Shown one piece after another: positions 1 through 12,775 of a DNA stretch of 64,000 bases. The notes beneath the pieces are model-generated. The model ran no database searches. It saw nothing but the letters and a program-made list of their open reading frames with translations, and was not told the origin of the DNA. This stretch comes from the human T2T-CHM13v2.0 reference genome, Homo sapiens. Made by a program: the position numbers and the translations under genes. Where the stretch lies: NCBI RefSeq assembly GCF_009914755.1, contig NC_060932.1. The stretch is one strand, 5' to 3'. How positions within the stretch are numbered: position 1 is the first letter of the stretch; each line of letters starts with the position of its first letter.

Positions 1-291
1 TGTTTTTTTTTTTTAAGATGGAGTCTCGCTCTGTCGCCTAGGCTGGAGTGCAGTGGATCTCAGCTCACTGCAAGCTCCGCCTGCCGGATTCACGCCATTC
101 TCCTGCCTCTGCCTCTCGAGTAGCTGGGACTACAGGGGCCCGCCTCCACGCCTGGCTAATTTTTTGTATTTTTAGTAGAGGCGGGGTTTCACCGTGTTAG
201 CCAGGATGGTCTCAATCTCCTGACCTTGTGATCCGCCCATCTTGGCCTCCCAAAGTGATGGAATTACAGGTGTGAGCCACTGCGCCCGCCC
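1..291 (-). mobile_element. AluY SINE
   Basis: Poly-T at the window edge followed by the reverse-complement Alu body, with AluY-type text (caagctccgcc, ttcacgccattctcc, ccgtgttagccaggatggtctc). Confidence 0.93.
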
Positions 292-884
292 ATGTCAACG
301 CTTCTTAAATGTAAAGCCCAGTTGTCCAGGCTATATTTTTCATTATGGCCAGTGAGAAGTAGCATTACAGTGAGAACTTGCCTTGAAGTGTGCTTATTTA
401 AAAAGGAAAATATGTTTGGAAGAGCTCGTGGGCACTTCTATAGTGAAAGCTGTAGAATCATGGTAGAATATAATTAGTATTTGACAAAGCCCCCAAACAG
501 CAAACGACCTAGAAAACAGTGACAGATACAAATAAAATTCAACTGAAATTAAGTTAACAATTATAAGAAGCAGTTAGACATAGTAATATTTAGAACTTAC
601 TGGCCTCCTATTGTACAAATCATTGTAAAAATCAATGTAGGTATGTGAGATTTTCTGTATGAAAATGAAGCTTGCACATGTTGCATAGGGGTTGGAAATT
701 AAGTGCATTTGCAGAATCATCAGGTCATGGACTGACAGGCTAGTAGATCAGCCTTCCTTGTACCCTTATTTAATCCTTTTTACAACATCCTTATTAAATA
801 ATTGGGTATGGTGGTCACCAAAATGGTTATCTTCTGATACTGTGCAGGACTGTACTGCCTGGTTTCATAATGCTTGAGGTTAAA

Positions 885-1178
885 TGTCTAGCTCTGGCCA
901 GTGAGTTGTGGAGTGGAAATAATGTGTCACTCATATGCTGCAGCATTTAATAGTCCATTCAGAAACCTCTACAGCATATTCCTTCTCCTTCAGTCATAAT
1001 AACTAGCAGCATTCAAGATAATGGCTATTCCCTGAACCTGTGCCTGGGGTGACTCAAATGGTCAAAGTATCCCCACCAACCCATGATGGATATAGAACAT
1101 GAACAATATTGTCTGCCACTCCTGAATTTGGGGTTTGTCTGCTATTGTAGCATCTCCTACTATTTTCTGATGGATACA
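885..1178 (+). mobile_element. MaLR LTR fragment (MLT1I/J/K-like)
   Basis: Ends in a degenerate MLT1 3' terminus (ccact..gaatttggggtttgtctgctattgtagcat...gataca). Confidence 0.6.
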
Positions 1179-1394
1179 ATAACCTCTGGTTAAAAAAAAA
1201 AATTCAGTGACAGCAAAGGCGTTATTTCAAAGGTATCCTGTTCCATTTGGGGATTTCTCTAAGGTTTAATTTTTATCTTTTTTATATTGGTCCTATATCC
1301 ATCTATTTGTAGCATTTGATTATTAGGCTAGTTTTACTTCTTGAAACCATAGAATGCAAATCAAACTCATCTATGATTGTCTATCATGTTCAGT

Positions 1395-1515
1395 TAGTCA
1401 TTTATTAGCAAACATTATTAATCTTCTATGAAATGCCTGGCAATGAGCTAGATGAGTAGCACCAAAAATAAGTAAAACACAGGCCCTGCCATAGAGGAGC
1501 TTATACTCTAGTAGG
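1395..1515 (-). mobile_element. L2 3' end fragment
   Basis: tcatttattagcaaacattatt...ggccctgccatagaggagcttatactctagt resembles the antisense L2 3' end. Confidence 0.6.
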
Positions 1516-4237
1516 TGTATTCCTAGGCCCTATATGTGGATACCACAAAAGTGGTACTCAGTACTCTTGCAATTTTGTCTATCTTCTTACATTTTGTGGT
1601 TGTTGTTGATTTATTGTTAAATGTCCCTTTAGCAGAAATTGATATTAGGGCTTCAACACAAGAGTCAGGTAGACTGCAGGATAGGTGTTCATCTTAAATG
1701 GGCCAATGTTGAGAAGAGTTGCCAAGCCAAGAAAGGATTTTTGCAAAAAGTGCTGAAATCCTTCATCCACAGCATCTCTGGTAAAAGCTTGCATTATGTT
1801 ATGATTGTCAGAGCCTTTTCTTGTGACAGCCCAGCCTGGCGCAATATACAAGCCCAGTTGTTTTGAATCCTCCCTCCTCACCACCCCCTCCTCTCCCTAT
1901 GTAGCTGACATGCTTCCACGCATAAAAATTAATGTTCCCATTTTAACTGACTCGTTTGGCAGGAACAAGTTTGCAAGCCAAAGCAAACATGGAAGGAGGG
2001 AAAGAAATAAAGCACAAACAAGAGGGATGAAGGGTGCATTTGGGGATTTTACAAAATTGAGTACCAGTATTACATACATTAAAATAAAAAAAAATTTATA
2101 ATTTTTAAAACTCATATTAAGCTGATGCCAATCAAGTCACAATAATGAAGTAATGAAGTGAAAATAAACAGTGCTAAAATGAGAGGCAAATAATAAAGTT
2201 TATGTTAAAATTACAAGAACATAAAAGACATACATATCATATAATTTTCAATTTTCTGTTGGACACACATTTTTTTCATTAGAAATTTCACCTAAAAATT
2301 AATCATTATTCTATTAATGATATATATATTTTTGCCTTCATTAATTATGAGCTTTACAAAACACCAGTTCTAAAATTATCTTATGCACAGGCCCCAACTA
2401 AAATGAGAGTTTCAGTTAAAACTGTTCATTCTCCTTACTGTCATTTCCTTTGCCCTGAAAGACTCATATTTTCCAGAGCTATGATAGCCTCAGAAAGAGC
2501 GTGCTCGGGGCCTTCAATTACACAGAGAAAACCCGGTAGGTGGTTTGCTTGCATAGTAACAGGAGGGCAGTACACAGCAGCGAGAGGCATTAAATAATAG
2601 ATACGTAAAATATAATTCTAACATTTTATGTGTAATGCTTTTAAGATACAAGGATAATAAATAATCTAGAATTAAATGATTATTCACATTTGGACTGCAT
2701 AGTTCCTGCTGCATTTACCATTTAGCTGAATTTCTAATAACAATAGCTAATTATTAGGATGGCAATTCAAGGAAAAGAATGTTTAAAATCATCCATATAT
2801 ATGATAAATGAAGAAAAATAGGTTGAATAATTATCTGGTTATCACTACTTTAGACTGAAAAGAAATAAAAAAAGAAAACCTCCTGGAGAAACACTTGGAG
2901 ATGTGGATAGAATGTAAATGAACTACCAGGCTTTTCCATCCCAGGTTAAGCCCAAACACTGCACAGTTACTCCTCAGCATTGATACATTGTCCTGTTAGA
3001 GCACAATGTTCTTATAGGTCAGAAATAAGGTGTATTTTTTCCAAAGAAAAAATAGATTGGAAACGTATATTTCTTCCCTGTCACGTCCTATTCTCTTAAA
3101 GAGCCAAAGCAAAATATATGGTAGAACTAATGTAAGGCCCAGTATTTTTATCCCTATGTATGCCAATCTGTAACTGCAGCAGTAAAACTTTCAACATCAA
3201 ATGACCCTTTTTATGTCTACTTTTATTTCTCTTGTATTCCAATTGCAAAGAAAGTCTATAAAACAGTTGCACTCTGTACCTTGAATATTCAATTCAAGTT
3301 GTCAAAATAATGAAGGAATGGCTGAAGTTTAAAAATAGACTTGTCTGTGACTTTCATTAGAGTGGGTAAAAGAACTTCATTTTTAAAAGAAACTACATTA
3401 ATAAATAAACTTTACCTAGTCTTAATTTCTAAGCAAGTAAAAACAGAATTCAGGACATTTTACTTTGTACAATTTGCCTTCTAATCAAGTGTTTTCTAAG
3501 ATTTTGTTGAATGTTAAAGATTAATTTGATTGATCAATTTAAACAATTTCTTCTATGACTCTATATCTTATTTTAAAGTTTTAAGTATGTTCTTTTTTAA
3601 TATTTCTGTAATTCTCAAGAGATAAATGGATGGATAATGTTTCATTTAATTTTAATTTCTCAGCAAGTGACCACATTGTATAACTAGTAAATTAGTATGG
3701 TTAGAAACATGAATAGAGGATAATGTTTTGGGCAAATAAAACTCACGCAAATTAGTGTGCAGCACACTTTACCAACAAGCAAAATCATGACTATATTGCA
3801 TCTTGTTAGCTACAAAAATTATGCAATTTATAACATTGACTCAAATTCAGATTACTTTTACACATCAAAAGAATATATTTGCAGTTTCCTTCCTCAGATT
3901 TTTCCATGGAGTTCTTTTGTTTGTTTGCTTGCTTGCTTCATTCGATTGCTTACGGGTCTGGGATACAGTAGTTCTGACCACTTGTCTCATATTTGTCACT
4001 AATGGTCTTTCTGAGCCTCTGTTTTCTTATCTATCAACTAAATGGTTGAATTAGCTAATCCCTAAAACTAGGTTTAGATCTGATTCAAGGATACTCAAAT
4101 TAGACTATAATTCCTCAATCTTTTCCAGCCATAAAATGCTGTTTTTCAATATCTCATACTCTCTATTACTTATAGCAGTAGAGGCAACTAGGCTACTCCA
4201 CACTTCATTTCATCTCGCAGGAAAGAGTGGACATTCA

Positions 4238-4706
4238 AGGGGCAGCCAGCCCCCAAGATGGTCCCCAATGATCCATACCTCTGGTGTTCATTATCTTTTG
4301 TAGTACCGTCTCAAAATGAACCAACACTGGCCCTGTGTAACCTGTAACCCTGTGTAAACAGGACAGAAGTGACAATATATGACTCCTGAGGCAAAGTCAT
4401 AAAAGGCATTGCAACTTCTTCTTTGATTTCTTGTAGATCATGCTCTTGGGGAAGCCAGCTGCCATATTGTGAGGGAACCCAAGCCACCCTGTGCATAGGC
4501 TGCAAGTCAATAGCCCCTCTTGAAAGTGGACCCTCAGTCCCAGCATGTTCAGAGAGGGCTGCAGCCCTCTGACTTCAACTACATAATCCTAGCAAGAACT
4601 GCCCTGTCATGCCATTTCTGAATACCTATCCTAAAGAATCTGCAAGCATAATAAATGACTTCTATGTCACTAATTTTCAAATAATTTGTTGTATAACTGT
4701 AGTAAT
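4238..4706 (+). mobile_element. MaLR LTR (MLT1F-like)
   Basis: gcagccagcccccaagatggtccccaatgatcc...aaagtcataaaaggcattgcaacttc...gaagccagctgccat matches the remembered MLT1F consensus. Confidence 0.75.
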
Positions 4707-5829
4707 TGGAACAAAGATAAACAGGATGGTGGTAGAAAGAAGAGAAAATTATCATAGAGAGGAGACAAAATACCTTCCAATCTTATGGATTCAATATCAC
4801 CCTAAAACAAATAAATTAGATTTTTCTTAAAGTAGTTATAATATTTATTCAAAACACAGTGGTCACTAAATATTCTAATATGTTTCATGATCTGTGTTTA
4901 TGCAGAGAAATCATAATCACTAAGACATCACTGTTGTTTTTAAGGATCTCAAACAGAAATAGGAGAGGCGGGTTTTTGCATTAATGGTCCCAAATCTCAA
5001 TCTCTGTATCCACTAGGAACAATTCCTAAACACTAAAGACTAACACAGTTGAGGGATTTGCCCTCCCGGACTCCTAAGAAAAGTTTTAATGGTCTTTGAA
5101 ACTTTTAAAGTGTCAAATCAAAAGGAAAAGGAATAGAGAAAAAGGATAAAAGTCAGAATGGGACAGGGCATGTGGAAGAATCTCCAGGGAGTTTGGAAGA
5201 GAAAGATGCAGTAGCTGGAGGGGGTGCTGTGGGAGAGGCAATGAGAAAATTGGAAGGAGAGAAAACTTTGAGAGGAGAGCACTATATGTTAGAATTTTCT
5301 TTAATATTCTCTGATAGAGATAAGGAAAAAAATAAGTTTTTTTTAATTGCCCATTTTAACTGTGCATCATTTAGTGCCACTATTCCAGCACCACATGCAT
5401 TAGAAGTTCTTATAATTATAAAAGTAAGAAAGTGTGAAATATATCTTGGCAGAGTATTCCTGAGAGAACTACAGAAGGAGCTACCAGTTGGTGCAGGGTA
5501 GTCACCAGGGGTCATAAGGAGGAGCTGACTGTTGAACCAATAGTGAAGCATCTACAAGCTGTGGAGGTGGGAGCTCACATAGTTCACTCCAACTGGAGGA
5601 AAGAGGGGGTGTGCAAAATGGAGAGAGACAGGTAGGGACAAATCTGGAGAATGTCTGGGTACCTTACCTTTATACTTGGCTGCTGGCCCTCAAACATTTG
5701 TCCATGAAATGCTTCATCAAAGTCCCCCAGGGATTAAACTCTGAGCCCATCATAAGCCTACTGAACTAACATCTTCAGAGACAGGAGTTCTACCAGGGGA
5801 GATTGATGGGCAACCAGGCTTGGAACTTC

Positions 5830-6070
5830 TCCTGAGGCAATAAGATGCAGTTATAAGCTTTTTGAGCAGGAAAGTAACATGATCATGGATGTCATTTTGA
5901 ATGCTCATTTTGGCCACCGTGCATATGCTGGGGTTTAGGAGAAGAAAAAGGAAGTTAGGAAGCAAGGAAGGAGACTATTCAGCACTTTTGGTGGAACCAA
6001 GGCAATATAGTAGCACTGAGGATGTACAGAAAAGAAATGGAAAATCAATACATCTTCGAGACTGATAGGT
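5830..6070 (-). mobile_element. L2 fragment
   Basis: tttgagcaggaaagtaacatgatc...attttgaatgctcattttggc...gaagcaaggaaggagactatt is a typical antisense L2 segment. Confidence 0.55.
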
Positions 6071-6744
6071 TGTGGAACACATCATTTTTATGTTAAGTCT
6101 TCAGGGGCCCTTTGCTCCACCCCTAAATCCTCCACCTATCTGGCACTACCTAAAACTCTTTAGAAGAGCGCAAATGCTTTTTTTTTTATCGCTATTGAAA
6201 AGTGCTTGAAGTTTTAAAATGCCTAGTTGAGGAATAATAGTGGAAATCATTCACACGTGCAAAATTAATGAGAATAGTGAAAAGTTGATATTAGATCATT
6301 TCTCTTTTAAATAAGAAGCACCTTCACAAAGAAAGAATGCACTGAGAATGATGAGCACCTCTCATGACTTCATAATTTTGCTTACAATAATAAAGACAGG
6401 CTATGTTGATTTGAAAGAATATTGATCATTACCCAGATCTTTTGGTAAATTCCACCTCTCCAAGCTCAAATTTTAAACTTTCATTCAAATTAAATGTTTA
6501 TTTTGTGCATGGTAGGCTAACGCAGGCTAGAAGAATATCTGAATATTTTGAGTATGTTGAGAACACAGACCATACCATGCTCTGTTTTCTGTGCTGGAAA
6601 ATTTATCATTTACTTATCTTTGTTTATCTATGTATTGATCAAATACCTATAAGGAACTTAAAATGTGTCCAACATTGCTCTAAATTCTAAATAAATATAA
6701 TTTACTTTTAAAAATGCTTTATAAAGTACATATCATTATGTATC

Positions 6745-6890
6745 TTATGTACTCAGAGTTTCTCCATTTTGCAGAGGAGGAAACCCAGTCACTGAGATGT
6801 TCAATAACTTGTCTAGATTCACACAGCAAGCAAGAGGCAGAGCCAATTTGAATGTAGGCAGTTCAGAATCTGTGTCCTTAGCCACTTCTA
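6745..6890 (-). mobile_element. MIR SINE
   Basis: MIR core: ccattttgcagaggaggaaacc..gt..aataacttgtc...cacacagc. Confidence 0.75.
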
Positions 6891-8903
6891 CAATATATGT
6901 TCCATCAATATTTACTGACTGAAAGAAAGAATAAATGAACAAATTATTCACTTCATGGTTCATAAATCCATTAAACAAATATTTTTGAGTTTCTATTTTG
7001 TGCTAGGACTTGTATTTTACCATCTCTGAAATATAATATTGTCTTAGATAATGAAAAAATAGACATTGATGACGGTAGCTGGAGAGCAGGGTTTGCCTCA
7101 GCTAAATCTATGAGATCATTATCCTCAATGCAGACTCCATGTAAATGAAATCTTCAGGAACTTTAACTTTTATTTTATTAACTTAAGGATAAATTATTGA
7201 TTTTCTGGATTTATTTTTTAAAGCACCTATAGTGAACCTTTGGCCATAAATTGTAAAATCAATACTGACTATTAATAACAAAATGGATTACCTTTCTCTA
7301 TAAAGAGAATTCCAAATTGATAAATGTGAGGTACTTTAGTGCCTAGAAATTTAAGAGATATCATTTCCACGAAGAAATACACTTAAAATATATATATGTT
7401 TTCTAGGAAGAAAAATCTAAAGATGTGTATTTTTGTTGATCTGATTAAGAGCCCTAAAATATTATAGGTATTAAGAAAGAATAGAAGCCACATAAATGTA
7501 ATTATATTAAGATGTCAGAATATAATTAGGAGCTTACAGAATGGCCCATTATTATGATTAGGAAAATAAAACATCACATCTGAAAACCTGAGACATGGGC
7601 ATTAGCTGAAACCTTCAGTTGTTTATTTCATACATAGATGATAGAGGTATCTTTAAAAAAATAGATATAAAATCCACTATCTGGTTTGCTTAGGGAAGAG
7701 TTCATAAGATCTTGTCTCCCGACTAACCCTACTTAGAGCTCTTCACTTACTTTTCAGATCAGTTTTTACCAGCCCTTGTGTCTGTTAACAATGAGTATCA
7801 GATTGTAAATATATTGAGAAGATGTACTTAACAAAATATAGATATCTTGGAAGGCAATGTTCGATACATTGTAAATAAAATTATTCTTGGATATCCTCCC
7901 AAATCAGCAGCCTGAAATTATAATATACTAAACTCATCTTATTGTTATTACAACTATACAATTTTTATTGCCATCTCTCATTGGGACTTTTTTTAACCAT
8001 TGCCTCATTAAAACTATTCAGTTGAAGAAATAGAACAACATATTTCTTTTACTTCCCTTGGAATATTTTGGGCCACGTACTTACCTGGAGAACTTTGAAA
8101 CAGATTATTTCACTACAGTGAATATGAGGTAGCAATTTAGTACCTGGTCTATAACAAGAATTATTTATAACAACACTGAATAATGTATAAGTTTTGACTG
8201 TGACAACAGTAAATGTCTTTGAATAGCAATAACGAAGGCGCATTATTATAGAAGAACACCACAGAAGCCTGTGAAAGAAATTCCAGTCTAATAGAGTTAT
8301 GAAGAAGTATCAAATATAAATGAGTTAGTCACATGAACAGGAGAAAGCACTAAGTGGCTTCAATGATGGGACAGCTCTGCAATGTGGGTGGTTTCATTTT
8401 TTCCTGTCTTTATCTGGTGTTGAAATGTTGGCTGATATACCTTTAAATTAAGTCAAATGAATTTGAGATTTTTTTCCCTCCTTATGTTTAAGATGAACTT
8501 AAGGAATTTGGTAACAACAAATCGGTCTATAAAACTCTAACATCATTTTCAGTCTTGTTGCTTAGATTTATTTTTTTACTTCATATTTTCCACAGTAATT
8601 TATTCTCCTTGGGAAGCAGTTATTTTACCCAGATTTTACATTGGAAAAATATGTACTTATAATTCATGTAATTCAAAATTAGAAGCTAATTAATATTTTA
8701 ATATTTATAATAATATGTTAATATTTTAAAGATGATTTTAATGTGGTTTAATTCTTTAACATTAATAATTAATGATACTTTTAATATTAAAAGTCATTAT
8801 AATATTCTGTTAAATGCTTCAAAACAGAAGATAGATTTCCAGATTATTTCCAGAACTACCAGAATGGATGTAGCTTTCTTAGACATCTATATTCTCAGAA
8901 CTA

Positions 8904-8977
8904 TTAGGTCAGTGCAAAAGTAATTGCGGTAATTAAAAGTAACAGCAAAAACCGCAATTACTTTTGCACCAGCCAAA
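8904..8977. mobile_element. MADE1 mariner-derived MITE
   Basis: ttaggtcagtgcaaaagtaattgcggt...accgcaattacttttgcaccagccaaa: inverted terminal repeats of the Hsmar1/MADE1 type, preceded by TA. Confidence 0.9.
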
Positions 8978-10999
8978 TCGGTATTATTGGTTCTTCATTG
9001 TCTCTGTAGATTTCTGAGTTTGAAACAAGAATAGATTATTGGCTTTCCAACCTATTTTTTGCATTTACAACTAGCGTTTACCCCTGATTTCTACTCTTTA
9101 CTTCCTCCAAATTATTTGAGTACAATTTAGAAACACTTCCTACTTCTTTTACCTCTATCAATGCCTCGTCTCTATATTTTTTTCTGAAAGAAAAAGACTA
9201 CGAAAAACTTCAGAGCTGGTGTCATTCTATAACAAAGGAAGTGAAAAGCTAACCAAGCCAATTCCAGTGGAAAAAAAGTCAATATCTGCATGGTATGTGT
9301 CAGATTTGTGGGATAAAAGTTGATACTATGTTAGACATTTAACACATTTGCTTAATGATGATTTCTTTTATCTCTCATGCTGATGGAGGGTTGATACAAT
9401 GTCATTAGAAGTTAATTTTTAAAAATTAAATAGTGGATGCCCTATGTTAGGTCATACATATATTTGAATTAGAAGCTTCGATACCAAACTAATCACCTCC
9501 CAAATGCAACTGTGCTGCATGCTTTCATTTCACACCCAGGGAGCAGGCATGAATATCCCAAATGGAGGAGATATACAAACAGGTTTCAGTATGCACACAC
9601 TGCTACCCTGGGACTGGGTATGTTGCCTATTTGTGTACACAGTATATGAATGTGTGCAGAGCAAGTGGGGATTGCAGCTGAAACACAGCAAAACTTAATA
9701 CACTACTGCAGAAAAAACTTTACAGGAGGAAACTAAAGGTGCAAACCACCTTTTAGAGTGAGCTTCCATGTGAAACAACACAATGTTTTCTAATTATTAC
9801 AATGTGAAAATCATTAGAATAAATTGAAGCAAATTTATTTTCCTCCCTGATTCCTAATTACAATATACAGGCTACAGATAACAGCCTTTTTCTGTTGTCA
9901 CTATTTAGTAACTTTGAGCCAGTTTTTAGCAGTCCACCCTCTCCATTGTATGATGCTATAAATTGCAACACAATTCTGCACATCAACGTGTAATTTCCCC
10001 CAAGGTTTTATAAAATTCATTAATATAAAACATTAATGTGGAGGGTCTGTAGGCCTTTTTTTTGTGGTTAAGAGTTTAAATCCATTGACTTGTAACTGGC
10101 TTTTAAAATGACATTTTTCCTCGCTGCCTTCAATTCAGTCCAAATTAAAAAAAATAAAATAAAATAAAAAGATGCCAGATGTCATGAGGCCAATAAGCAG
10201 GTGGGCTGAAGCTTCTGTACCAATTCAAACTGGCACTGCATCAAACCTGGTGGGTATAACCTTTAATTCACTGCTTCCCTGGCACCAGATCTAGTGCCAT
10301 CTGCTCAGCCTTGCTAAGCTGTGCTTGTTTCTGTGCAGGGACGATGCCAACAATGCAAACTGTCTCCTACATGTGCAGGGAATCATCAGTGCAACTAGTT
10401 TTTCGAGACCCATATGGTGGCATCTGCGAATGCACACTGTCAGCATCGCTGCCTGTACCACCCTTCGAGTTTTAAGAATGGGAGGAGAGAATGCCAGTTT
10501 GTAATTCACTATAGAGAGCCAGGAGGAAAACTTTTTCCTTCCTTCTGAGTGCTTTTCTTAGGGTCTTTTGAAGTGAGCACCCACGGAATTAGAAGAAACT
10601 TGACTGTAGCTCAGAGGCCAAGAACTCTAGGAAGCTTCTGTGAACATCATACCTGGTATGAATCCCCTCACGTATTTACTAATCAACAGAAACCAAAGTC
10701 CTCCTCTCTGCATGCACCAGTACTCCAGAGTGTTATCTTTTAAGAATTCTTTCTTATTTCCATTAAGACTTTGAATACTAAGATTCAAATAGATGTAGAG
10801 AGTGCTGAGGGGGAGGTCATCTTGCTCTCCCAGGAATTTAATGAAGATGGAAGAATGGATTTGTTTTATCACTGTCTCCACTCAGCATGTCTTAGAGATG
10901 CTGAGCGTTTTTGAACTATGGCCCTTTATGGAAAATGACCCTTCACCTACTTATTTTTCCATATTATTTGGTGGGTGCTGATGAGGTGAATTGAAGGAA

Positions 11000-11083
11000 A
11001 CACACACAAGCACAGACATACATGCGCACGCGCACACACACATATGCGCGCGCGCGCACACACATTCACACACACACACACAC
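11000..11083. repeat. (CA)n/(CG)n compound microsatellite
   Basis: acacacac...tgcgcacgcgcacacacacatatgcgcgcgcgcgcacacac... Confidence 0.95.
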
Positions 11084-11329
11084 CAACTCTGCCTTGTGGA
11101 ATGGCCGGAGAGGCATAAGCTAAGTGTGTGCAATGGCCAATGGCCTCAGAGCCCACAGCTCTCAGGTGAAATGGTGAAGTTTCTAGTTTCATGCCCACTG
11201 GTCATTCTTCACTCGGTTTCCTGTCGCTCTGAGCCTGATTTCTAGTGGACAGGAAACTCTAATCAGCTCTCCACTGCTAAACAGACAAATATATACAATT
11301 TGTTAGTTTGCTGGTTTATTTTCCATTTC

Positions 11330-11458
11330 TCACTGACTACAATTTCCATGAAAAAAAGGAATCTGCTTGGCTAAACTTTCTCAATCTAGCTTCTAGCAAC
11401 ATATCCAGCACACAGTGGTTACTCAATAAATATGTAATAAATCAATGAATGAATAAAC
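11330..11458 (+). mobile_element. L2 3' terminus
   Basis: cagcacacagtggttactcaataaatatgt...aatgaatgaataaa tail. Confidence 0.7.
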
Positions 11459-11579
11459 ACGGAGAAAATGCTGCTTTTAGGCAGTCTAAGAGAAACAATA
11501 AATATATTTCAGAATATATGAGATATACCAAATATTGATTAATATAACTGAATTTGTATTACTGAAAACAAGTAATAAT

Positions 11580-11810
11580 ATATTAACAGTACTATTTACT
11601 GAATATCAACTATATACTAAACAGTTTGCTAAGCATTTCACATTCTTTATTTTATAACTTTAGCAACCCTCTTAATTAGTAATATGACTCCCATTGTATG
11701 GATGAGAGAACCGGGTCTGGAAGTTTAGCCAGTAAGCATGAAAAGCAGGAGTCAAATCCTGCTCTATCTGACTCCAGAGCCTAAGTTTTTAATCACAACA
11801 TTAAATGGTC
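11580..11810 (-). mobile_element. MIR SINE
   Basis: cccattgtatggatgagagaacc...gagtcaaatcctgctctatctgactccagagcc. Confidence 0.65.
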
Positions 11811-12624
11811 TCTCCTCTATCAAAATATTTGGTAAATTCAGCCTAAATTAAATGGAAAAAGTGTCAGACTAATAGGTGTATGAATCTACCATATGTTAGG
11901 TTTTATTTCAAAAGTTTCCTGTTCGTCAAACTATTATAATTGCTTTATGATTATTATTAAGTTAAGGATTTGGGGCAGGTATGTGTTTAACCTTACTTTT
12001 ACTTACTTAAAATACATTCACATTCTATCATACATAAAACATATGTGTCTCACTAAGGACCCTAAAATTCTCAAGTATAAAAAAATATAATTCTCACTCT
12101 GTTAACACCCATTTCTGACGGTTACATTTTTGCATATATGGGAACTCTTGACTGATGTATTAGTGATCTGGACACCATCTGGCAAAATAAAGATCCTGAA
12201 ATACAAGGCTCAATCATTTAGGGAAAGGATAATGATAACTGTAGTGCAATATTTATCACACACACATTTGAGAATGTTAATTCACCTGATAAACATTAAC
12301 AACTAAAACTAGAGAAACAATACATTTTCTAAACATAAAATTACTAAAAAAAAAAGTATAAATGATATCAGCTATCACTGTATACAGTGATATAGTTTAA
12401 GCAACACAATCGGAGCCTAACAGCACTGCTTCACCAAAAGAAATGCAGCCCCTAAAATTAGTTACCTTGAATTCACACTTACGTATCTTTTACCTTAACT
12501 CCCAAATTATCTCTTTTCAGACTTTTAAAACGATTTTCTTCCCTTTGATTTGTTCAAAATCATTCTATTCCTCACCTTTACCTCAATGTCCTCCAGGGCA
12601 CATAGTTTTTCCTAGTAACAACAA

Positions 12625-12775
12625 AAGAAGGGAGGCAAGAAGGGAAGTCAGGGAGGAAGGAAGGAAGGAAGGGAGGGAGGGAGGGAGGGAGGGAGGGAGG
12701 GAGGGAGGGAGGGAAGGAAGGAGAAGAAGAGAATGAAAAAAAGGAAAGGAAGGGAAGGGGAGGGGAGGGAAAGGA
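12625..12775 (+). repeat. Polypurine (GGAA)n/(GGGA)n tract
   Basis: ggaaggaaggaaggaagggagggagggaggg... almost pure purine for about 150 bp. Confidence 0.95.

Noticed and set aside
5172-5551. Overlapping 109-aa and 89-aa ORFs
   Set aside because: Non-ATG starts, no recognisable domain or splice context; likely decayed repeat or random sequence.
10947-11245. His/Thr- and Val/Cys-rich ORFs
   Set aside because: Translation artefacts of the (CA)n/(CG)n microsatellite.
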